In this document: one piece after another, positions 9,001 through 13,354 of the stretch
How the letters are laid out: each line of letters begins with the position of its first letter
Position numbering within the stretch: position 1 is the stretch's first letter
Assembly (NCBI GenBank): GCA_017610205.1
Contig: JAFCCL010000001.1
Location: forward strand, 1 to 26,778
DNA: 26,778 nt
Source: Candidatus Iainarchaeum sp.
GTDB taxonomy: Archaea; Iainarchaeota; Iainarchaeia; Iainarchaeales; GCA-2688035
Direction of reading: 5' to 3'
Notes under the pieces: model-generated
Seen by the model: the letters and a program-made list of their open reading frames with translations, nothing else
Database searches by the model: none
Told to the model about the DNA's origin: nothing
Translations under genes and position numbers: made by a program

Positions 9001-10341
9001 ATCTTTCACTTCAACATAGTCATTAACCCCATCAAAGAATCCTGCATTCTGGTCAAAGAACCATGTTCCGTTTGAGTCTGCTCCGTTTTTCCATGTTCCG
9101 TTGTTTCCTTGCCCGCTTGAGTCTGTTGCGACTGCTTCTCCGGTGTTTGTGTCGAGTTTCCAGTATCCGACTAGTCCTCCTGCCGGCTGGTACTTTGATG
9201 GAGTCATTGTTTCTCCTGTTGGCATCACATTGTTGTCCCATTTGACTTTTGTGTGGTTGAAGTCAAATGCAATGCCTGTATTGTAGTCGCCTGTTGTTGT
9301 GCCTGTTGTCCATGTTGCCCCAGCCATATTGTAGGCGAAATCGGCTGCCATTCCAAAAATGAATTTGAGAGCGTGCTTTCCTGTTGTAAGCACAAGATTT
9401 GAAAGAGTGGCTTCTTCTGAGCAATTGAAGTTTGGAAAAATCAGTTGCCTAGCCGCCACTGCCGGCTGGTCAGGGTACAACCCCCTTTCAGGGGGTTGAA
9501 CATGCTCCGTCAAAGTATTTTGAACACCAGATTCTTCAGGGGTAAACGATTCTTGGACTTCGACGGAGTTTTCATGTTCCATCAGAGTATTTTCGGTACC
9601 GTGTTTTTGAGAAGTAAATACTTCGATGGAGCCGCAGTAAAGTGTTTGAAACACAATATCTGTTCCAAACACGGTTTCCTCAATTGCACTGATTATCAGG
9701 TCAGCTGTTCCCTGTGTAGTGAACTGCACATCCCAGTTTTCACCAACTTGCGGGTAGGATTGCGGATTGATGACATCAATCTCTGAAAATCCAAAATCCG
9801 ACGCTCCCGGCTGGTCTGAGTACAACCCCCTTTCAGGGGGTTGAACGTGCTCCGTCAAAGTATCCTGAACACCAGATTCTTCAGGGGTAAACGATTCTTG
9901 GACTTCGATGGAGTTATTTAAATCTGCTTCACACGAAGTGTTTTGGCCCCCTGCGTAAATCGCTGGCAGGCAAAGTGTTGCCAAAAGCACTATGATTGAG
10001 AAGAATAATGGTAGAGTGGTGTAGTGGTTGGCGGTTGTTGTTTTTTGGGAAGATGTTAAACACCAAAACCCGTTATGTATAAGCCACCTGTTTTTTGGCT
10101 TTTTTTCGTTTGTTTTGTTTCTTTCCTTGCTTCTTTCCTTGTTTTCGGGTGCTTTTGTTTCAAGCACGGTTTTTTTGCTGTTGCAAATCTGGTACTTTTT
10201 GGCTTGTGCTTTTTGGTGCTTTTTTGCAGGCAGTGTCTGGTTGTGTGTGGTGCTTTTTGCGGTCGGTGCCTGTTTTTTTGCGGGATTTTTGTGGATTGTT
10301 TTTTTTAGTATTGTGTGGTTTGCCTGTTTTCCCAAGTTCAA
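1..10341 (-). CDS. Giant surface/adhesin protein with 10 LamG (concanavalin A-like, Laminin_G_3) domains and Ig-like linkers; 3'-partial, >3440 aa
   Basis: Segments translated by hand at both ends and in the middle fall in one frame (codon first bases at multiples of 3), from TTG 10341 (GGGGG upstream) to the window edge (...AIDKTGPIASISSPSNGSSQ). The absence of long minus-strand ORFs here in the track fits an unbroken frame. Hydrophobic segment TTLPLFFSIIVLLATLCLPAIYA lies at ~9952-10020. LamG motifs recur: GLVGYWKLD, AGFFDGVxDY, FxGxIDExKIYNRALSAxEI. Exact start is uncertain. Confidence 0.9.
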   Translation of the reverse strand, partial: MNLGKQANHTILKKTIHKNPAKKQAPTAKSTTHNQTLPAKKHQKAQAKKYQICNSKKTVLETKAPENKERSKERNKTNEKKPKNRWLIHNGFWCLTSSQKTTTANHYTTLPLFFSIIVLLATLCLPAIYAGGQNTSCEADLNNSIEVQESFTPEESGVQDTLTEHVQPPERGLYSDQPGASDFGFSEIDVINPQSYPQVGENWDVQFTTQGTADLIISAIEETVFGTDIVFQTLYCGSIEVFTSQKHGTENTLMEHENSVEVQESFTPEESGVQNTLTEHVQPPERGLYPDQPAVAARQLIFPNFNCSEEATLSNLVLTTGKHALKFIFGMAADFAYNMAGATWTTGTTTGDYNTGIAFDFNHTKVKWDNNVMPTGETMTPSKYQPAGGLVGYWKLDTNTGEAVATDSSGQGNNGTWKNGADSNGTWFFDQNAGFFDGVNDYVEVKDDASFDSINELTVNAWAKSNIIDSASHTVFRRRGSNGFIIKQANSNKWQFIVCNSSVCLTCESAASPSGDWEMLTGTLDASGFMTLYVNGIAEPDTKIISNWDFDMSTALTIGADQLGDQLFSGQLASVKIFNRALNATEIANEYNRNLDGNGLFLYYNFNDTNSDGSAILNQVGQNPDDTNGILMGGADINAWGLWDTNAGFFDGVNDQVIIDDFNLSEKAKQGTVSLWFYSDGSPGDWAKLVSNEVFHESGFCIQHTTSNALVLKIDEAADSGGNNCYITLPNGIEPNKWTHVIATWEVESNCKLYVNGVLKGTDSIFTGDMNAASSFAIVGTPYGGERDFTGYIEELKIYDRALTASEIQRDYNAWNNATYYSEVKDMNHTATIQGIKWDALFGSKQLTELDTMDQNLVMWHRFNTKSGTTVYDSSSSGNDGTLTSGADINGLGWDDTNAGYFDGVNNYVEVPHSEDLNITNNLTISAWVKGNSWIGIIGSDWSTIVEKADRTHSPEEVQYWFNITNSGYMEFRGKDSGGTWQTFTDDQHIISTNAWHHVVVTYSNDTVNTYLDGTLSDTGSLGLNPLLGTAGPLGIGCGFGSGESSPNTYSFNGLIDEVRIYDRALDADEVRTIYSAGVNDLNLSVRICNDPSCSGLNDGNWAEFDVGNRYHSLDANVGLVLDINFNDTNGDGSGVLDASGQGNNGLLIGGADINGLGKDKTRAGFFDGVGGYVNVGDVLDAPNEITVSAWIKYNTIVSGRGIVSRGGHGQDGYRLSTLTTSVYWNGKTSGGDNSFGVVSSPVSAGVWYFAVGTYNGSTAILYVDGVNVAEDSTASGPITSKSGDNLIGALFPADSLFPGQIDNVKIYNRSLSAGEIMGQYLKGSPMKYVQYKGEFMHTDSNYPIGYAYLNDVGIEYNRVPDANVSAVDGYDAGGVFPFFSYPVDNNLTIDFNVSDWDNFDPKTAEVWYSTSKDYGQSTKIKSGLNLDGNHCITAPLDLNSDNEYDVNLVGYWQFNGADTNNIRAWDSSWRHNHGQYINGADNNAQGKWDTNAGFFDGVDDYVDVADNSDLVLSGDFTICTWIKRASTSVKTRIVSHRSGATATRESYEIYFETSTNTIRIDLGDGTNFQATAGVTSLIANQWYHICFIRDTSNSKAKIYLDGSEDKSVNLTVTGAIDPTTSLAIGSYSPDLGVDPFDGLIESLKIYNRALSAEEISMDYSYGLVNMRKCSHDWNIMNVSDGNYYVGVTAIDSVGNADFNTTTQNMRVNQTLPDLNITKIAGNPVSEPLPQFRYSTDHNLAIDFNVQNPQNERMTVDINYSTSRTQGTGNVIVEDLNLTTGVCPSQKWDNNVSKCSWDWNIMNTNKGQYYILIELRDSSTDANFKATTNLAVIDNTTTEPPQEGQGIDFNYTKQLTDENIMASGELTPPTKYYPNSGLVGYWKLDTNNATVALDSSGNNNNGTWKNGADSNGSWFFDTNAGFFDGVDDYVKVVDNTSLNVENEFTLMAWVKPTESKNQDILGFNGPTVNRNYEFMISSNERIVICLSDGAAYTDYISTEKVSLNQWNHVVAKYRKGEFVSITVNGITEEFTLETELAYTGQLLYIGSLDAGMFTQFNGQISSVKIFNRALSATEIANEYNRNKKGEGLVAYYNFNDTNSSATGIKDIAGGDHNGLLVNGADINAWGLWDTNAGYFDGVDDAITTQSDFIGTSTTTICAWIYPYGLGGGGNGRIVDNGNFKFLISNNNTVQFTSDGSTFVLTSASAINFDVWQHVCVKRNSGGIANFYINGILNGTANQDSGTPTAGTTNVFIGNRSTGDRAFDGLIEELKIYDVVLSASEIRADYNGGWTNATYYSKIIDMYHPATILGLIWSALFGSKQLTELDTMDQNLIAWYRFNDNNATGNLARCDNNAELNGLMINGADNNGLGWDDTNALALNGIDEYVEVTIIQDKNTTSLWHKDSTASSWTHDVWVGEVPGIHTDGTDGYIDLTTPTNYLNDLRDGKLAIVQVVNADSDTSNYERLFSAETTSDKGLNFIRENSPNLYKTVWTGTDWFYSSFTFNENQIHNTAFVFNNVGWYLVDGVLIGNDWFDSLALVQPTLIRLGAGAHTTSGGKTTAKFGFFAVLDLSAVGTVDQAFAESLSSAINGAGYDPDDIRAAIMAEDGAITGVYWKLDEAGTSGSFDSQTVVRYDITDGDVNAADGGTTSAGGNTGVRLAAEKRYINGIESSPSQFPVYINGNTVQIGKISDTTYFSGLIDELRIYNKALTPDEVRTLYSAGLNDLNLSVRTCNDQSCSGLNDGNWAEFDVGNRYHSLDSNVGLVLDINFNDKDGSTLYDASGYGNDGTLTGGADINGTGKDKTRAGYFDGVDGYVSLPYMTSNFTISVWVKPNILTNSQRIWSATNSRSNLIIYNNRYNLYSGDAGYDINPTTAPAAIGEWAHVVCIVTDGIRADLYFNGTLVGSNSSIGTLDLSSLDLGRRQGQNLNFFSGLIDSVKVYNRALSAGEIMGQYLKGNPMQYVQYKGNFVHTDANYPIGYAYLNDVGVEYNRVPDANVSAVDGYDAQGEFPFFSHPVDGNLTIDFNVSDWDNFDPKTAEVWYSTSMDYGQSTKIKSGLNLDGNHCITAPLDLNSDNEYDVNLVGYWQFNGNDGNSIQAVDSSWRGNHGQNIGGADNNAAGKWDTNALYLDGVNDYIMVDASGTDQDFNVARTNAYTISAWFNTKNVSVPQTIISKYNSGNDGTFILYIRNSTLKAYRFTPDGRSLTGNTTLSSNQWYYGAVTVNSTTATLYLNGAQDKQSTYTSTDLNGQSNAAVQIGRRDADSITMFDGLIEEVKVYNRALTAAEISMDYNYGLINMRKCSQDWNIMNVSDGNYYVGVTAIDSVGNADFNTTLNALGIDNNAPVTIDNVDGNNVWQKVDANIQFSCTDEEGSGCKNFYYSVNDANAQLSWNKEDVNIGIVLNTDGNHSIWYWSDDTMDHNENAHLIYLAIDKTGPIASISSPSNGSSQ
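350..4730 (-). repeat. Copy 2 of the intragenic five-LamG block duplication (LamG 6-10)
   Basis: Linkers match copy 1 in the same order, e.g. 1121-1290 vs 6014-6183 (near-identical), 2040-2200 vs 6965-7140, 3350-3410 vs 7770-7830, 4090-4170 vs 8560-8640. Confidence 0.9.
5240..9190 (-). repeat. Copy 1 of the intragenic five-LamG block duplication (LamG 1-5)
   Basis: Same linker order as copy 2: SATEIANEYNRN-like, LFGSKQLTELDTMDQNL, CSGLNDGNWAEFDVGNRYHSLD, DWDNFDPKTAEVWYST, RKCSxDWNIMNVSDGNYYVG. Confidence 0.9.
9462..9570. repeat. 109-bp palindromic element, copy 1 (in-frame within giant 1)
   Basis: 103/109 identical to 9807-9915. Contains the perfect hairpin CAACCCCCT-TTC-AGGGGGTTG (9478-9498) and the inverted repeat CTCCGTCAAAGT...ACTTCGACGGAG. 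Confidence 0.85.
9573..9631. repeat. Degenerate third copy of the stem part of the palindromic element
   Basis: catgttccatcagagtatttt...aaatacttcgatggag has the same ends as copy 1 and is itself an inverted repeat. Confidence 0.6.
9807..9915. repeat. 109-bp palindromic element, copy 2 (in-frame within giant 1)
   Basis: Direct repeat of 9462-9570 at a 345-bp offset; hairpin at 9823-9843. Confidence 0.85.
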
Positions 10342-10394
10342 TTGTTTTGCCCCCGACGAAGCTGGTTTTTTTGCTGTATTAAATAGTCTATTAT

Positions 10395-10412
10395 TGTATA
10401 AATAGTTGTCGT
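10395..10412 (-). promoter_or_regulatory. Putative archaeal TATA box for giant 1
   Basis: Minus strand reads ACAACTATTTATACA, about 55 nt upstream of the TTG at 10341. Confidence 0.4.
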
Positions 10413-10485
10413 TTGTGTTTGTTGGAGGATTTTGGACTTGTTTTTTTGGCTTTGTTTTGTTTTGTTTCAGTAGTTGTGTATTGTT

Positions 10486-10590
10486 TGTTTGGTGACTGTT
10501 TGTTTGGTGACTGTTTGTTTGGTGACTGTTTGTTTGGTGACTGTTAGTTTAGTGAGTGTTAGTTTAGTGAGTGTTAGTTTAGTGACTGTT
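10486..10590. repeat. 15-bp tandem repeat, 7 copies
   Basis: (tgtttggtgactgtt)x4, (agtttagtgagtgtt)x2, then agtttagtgactgtt. The last copy contains the nuclease stop codon. Confidence 0.95.
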
Positions 10591-11583
10591 TGGCTGTCTG
10601 GTTTTTTCTTGTGTGTTGTTTGCTGGAAAGCTTGTTCCTGGCTTTTTGTGTATTTCTTTCATTCTTGCCTGGCTTGGTTCAAAGCAGTAGTAGTTTTTTT
10701 CGTCGAACCAGGCACATTGCATTTTGTTTAGGGGAATGCCTGTTCTGAAGCTGAGGGCTAGTGCGTATAGGTAGATTTGGGTTGGTGCTTTTTTTTCTTT
10801 TTCTGCGTTTGGCTTGAAGTCTAGGACTTGCACTTTTCCGTTTCTTATTTGAACCAAATCGATGTGTCCGCAGTATCCTTTACTCAAATTTCTTTCCCAG
10901 TACCATACTGGGACTTCTGAGGCAATGGATGTTGAGTCGTGAAGCAGGAATGTTTTTTGGATGTTTGTGTGCCTTTCGTTGTTGTTTTCCACTCCTTTGA
11001 GCACGTAGCTTGCTATTCTGTTGGCTTGGTTGAAGTCTTTTTTTATGTTTGCAAAAATCTTCATTTTTTGTTGGGATATTCTGTTTGAGGTTTCGAATAT
11101 TTTGTTTGGTGTGCCTTGGGTAAACCTGTAAAGGTATTGTTGTAGTGCTGGGAATTTTTTTCCAAGATGTCTTGTTTTTGGTTGGTGCAGCTGGAAGCAG
11201 TATGCCAGCCCTTTGTGGATGTAGGTTTTTTGTATGAGGGTTTTTTCAAGCTGGTCTGCTGGCAGTGTATTTTTTATGCCTGTTTGCTGTTTGAATTCTT
11301 GGCGCCATCTGCTTATTGCTGCTTTGCTTGCTTTTCTTTTTGTTTTTTTGTTCAGCCACAGAACTGTTTGGCGCAGTGTGTGCCCAAGCGCGATGTGGTT
11401 GATTGCTTGCAGCCTTGTTTCCTGCCCGAATTTTTGGAATCGGTTTTTTCCTTCTGCAAACAATTTGCCGCAGCTTTTGCATTGAAACCTTTGCTTTTCT
11501 CCTTCTTGTGTTTTTCTTTTTCCTCGTTTTTTCACTTCTTTTGAGTAGCAGTAGGGGCATTGAACATCGTCCATGTTTTTCAC
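10579..11583 (-). CDS. IS1 InsA-like Zn-ribbon/HTH fused to a C-terminal PD-(D/E)XK (RecB/Cas4-like) nuclease
   Basis: N-terminal CPYC...QRFQCKSCGK followed by an HTH-like region (LRQTV...ISRW); C-terminal EVPVW...GHIDLVQIRNGKVQVLDFKPNA...QIYLYALAL. Start is GTG 11583 or ATG 11574. Confidence 0.8.
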   Translation of the reverse strand: MKNMDDVQCPYCYSKEVKKRGKRKTQEGEKQRFQCKSCGKLFAEGKNRFQKFGQETRLQAINHIALGHTLRQTVLWLNKKTKRKASKAAISRWRQEFKQQTGIKNTLPADQLEKTLIQKTYIHKGLAYCFQLHQPKTRHLGKKFPALQQYLYRFTQGTPNKIFETSNRISQQKMKIFANIKKDFNQANRIASYVLKGVENNNERHTNIQKTFLLHDSTSIASEVPVWYWERNLSKGYCGHIDLVQIRNGKVQVLDFKPNAEKEKKAPTQIYLYALALSFRTGIPLNKMQCAWFDEKNYYCFEPSQARMKEIHKKPGTSFPANNTQEKTRQPNSH

Positions 11584-11605
11584 TTTGTTTGGTTTACTTG
11601 TTTTA

Positions 11606-11670
11606 GGAATGCCTTGCTGTGTTTTGGTTTAAAAAGCGGTCTTTTTTTTCGTTGTTTGTGGAAGATTGTT
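11606..11670. repeat. Intergenic repeat A, copy 1 (contains TTTTTAAA TATA-like box on the minus strand)
   Basis: 11610-11670 is identical to 13281-13341 (61 bp). It lacks the 8 bp (ttaacttg) present in the other two copies. Confidence 0.95.
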
Positions 11671-11773
11671 GCTTTTTTTTGGTGGATGGGGGGGGAGGGG
11701 GTGAAGCTTTTTTTTTGAAGGAAAAACAATTATATGCTTGAATTTTTTTTGGTTGCGGAGTGCTTTTTTTGGT

Positions 11774-13036
11774 TTATTTTTTGGTGAGTAGCCATTTCCA
11801 GAGCGGGATGAATTTTATTTTTGCTTTTTTGCCGTACCATTCTGCAGTTTCTTCTGCTTCGTAATCGTTTGTTAGCACTATCAGTTCGCTGCATTTGAGT
11901 TCTTGTTTTGCTTTTATTAGTGCGCGTATTTCTCTTTTTTTTGTGTTTGGATTGGAAATATCATAGCAAACCTGGATTAGCTTGGTTATTTTTGTGCGTT
12001 CTTTTATTACGAAGTCCACTTCCTCGTGCTGTGGGTTTTTCCAGTAATAAAAATCTAGTTTTCCGTCAATTTCTGCTTTTTTCAAATGCACTGCAACAAT
12101 GTTCTCATATAGCTTGCCGGTGTCCGGTGTTGATTTGGTTGATTTTGCGGAAATGAAGCCGTTGTCAATTGCGTAAATTTTTTTGTTGGAAGCCAATTGC
12201 TCCCTTGTTTTGAAAGAGAATCTTTTCAGTGAAAAGAGCAGGAAGGCTTCTTCTAAATAGCCCAAATATTTCTGGATTGTGTGTGCGCTTTTTGATTTTG
12301 TGAGTTCTGCCAGTCGCTGGAAAGAGTACTCGCTGCCAACATTTGACAAGAGAAATTGAGCCAGGTTTTCTATTGCATTGGGTTTTCTTATCTTGTATCT
12401 TTTTACAATGTCCTTGAAGAGAATTGAATCAAACAGCGTGGACAAATATTCGTTGTGGTTAATGTTCTTGACCAATGGTTCGGGGTATCCGCCGTGTGTT
12501 GAATATTCAAATAATTTTTCGCTTTTTTGTGTGGTAGTTAATTCCTGGTTTTGTTGTTTTATGAATTCTTTGAATGAAAATGGGAAAACAATTATTTGCA
12601 GGTGCCTGCCGGTAAGGTGTGTTGCAAGTTCTTTGCTTAGCAGGTTTGAATTGCTACCGGTAATGAATAGTTTTCTTCCCTGCCTTTGCAGCCTGTTGGC
12701 GACTAATTCCCATTTGTCAAAGTTTTGAATCTCGTCAAGCAGGAGAAGTTCAGGAGAACCGTATAGCGAATCAGCTACTGCGAGCAGTTCGTCAAAGTCT
12801 TTTGCTGCCACAAGCTTTTCGTCATCAAAATTAATGTAACCAAATTTTGCGTTTTTCTTGAGCCAGTGAACAGCAAAAAAAGACTTCCCGGCCCTTCTGG
12901 GTCCAATAATTACCCGAATCAGGTTATCTTTGACAGAGTCTATTTTGAGTTTGGTGTCTCTTTCAATGTAGAGTTCTTTAAACCGATTTTCCAGTTCTGC
13001 CTTTTGCTGAACCAAAACATTTCTAACATTGTTCAT
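11774..13036 (-). CDS. AAA+ ATPase, COG1373 (AAA_14 + DUF4143)
   Basis: Walker A GPRRAGKS, Walker B LLLLDEIQ, ITGSN, LTGRH, GGYPE, KKIYAIDNG, LYEN, EVDFV. ATG 13036 preferred over TTG 13045 because it lies 25 nt from the TTTATAAA box. Confidence 0.92.
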   Translation of the reverse strand: MNNVRNVLVQQKAELENRFKELYIERDTKLKIDSVKDNLIRVIIGPRRAGKSFFAVHWLKKNAKFGYINFDDEKLVAAKDFDELLAVADSLYGSPELLLLDEIQNFDKWELVANRLQRQGRKLFITGSNSNLLSKELATHLTGRHLQIIVFPFSFKEFIKQQNQELTTTQKSEKLFEYSTHGGYPEPLVKNINHNEYLSTLFDSILFKDIVKRYKIRKPNAIENLAQFLLSNVGSEYSFQRLAELTKSKSAHTIQKYLGYLEEAFLLFSLKRFSFKTREQLASNKKIYAIDNGFISAKSTKSTPDTGKLYENIVAVHLKKAEIDGKLDFYYWKNPQHEEVDFVIKERTKITKLIQVCYDISNPNTKKREIRALIKAKQELKCSELIVLTNDYEAEETAEWYGKKAKIKFIPLWKWLLTKK

Positions 13037-13060
13037 TAGAAACAATATAATACATAAAAG

Positions 13061-13068
13061 TTTATAAA
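13061..13068 (-). promoter_or_regulatory. TATA box (TTTATAAA), likely leaderless transcript of the ATPase
   Basis: 25 nt upstream of ATG 13036, the canonical archaeal spacing. Confidence 0.55.
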
Positions 13069-13267
13069 ATCGTGCATTAAATGCTGTTTATTGCCTGTTT
13101 TTGGCTATTTTTGGTTTACTTGCTTCTTTTGGGGAAGAGCCGTTGCTTTTTTTCTTTGTTTTCAATCGGCAAGATAGGTGTGAAATCACTCCCCAAAATC
13201 ATTTAAAAGCGTTACGTTAATGTAACGAAAAATAGGTGTTTTTGTAACACTTTTGTAACGACTGCGG

Positions 13268-13341
13268 GGGAATGTTAACTTGCCTTGCTGTGTTTTGGTT
13301 TAAAAAGCGGTCTTTTTTTTCGTTGTTTGTGGAAGATTGTT
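13268..13341. repeat. Intergenic repeat A, copy 2
   Basis: gggaatgttaacttgccttgctgtgttttggtttaaaaagcggtcttttttttcgttgtttgtggaagattgtt, directly 3' of the pilin stop codon. Confidence 0.95.
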
Positions 13342-13354
13342 TTTTGTTGTTTTG

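Noticed and set aside
480-9060. CRISPR-like repeat/spacer interpretation of conserved motifs alternating with unique segments
   Set aside because: Unique segments are 350-930 bp and in-frame coding, the repeats are degenerate, and there is no cas operon.
10486-11670. Intact IS1-family insertion sequence
   Set aside because: No DDE catalytic domain, terminal inverted repeats or target-site duplication recognised.
11681-11702. G-rich run GGTGGATGGGGGGGGAGGGGGTG as a Neisseria pilE-like G-quadruplex recombination trigger
   Set aside because: It lacks four separate G3 tracts, occurs once and is not adjacent to a variable core; too weak to claim.
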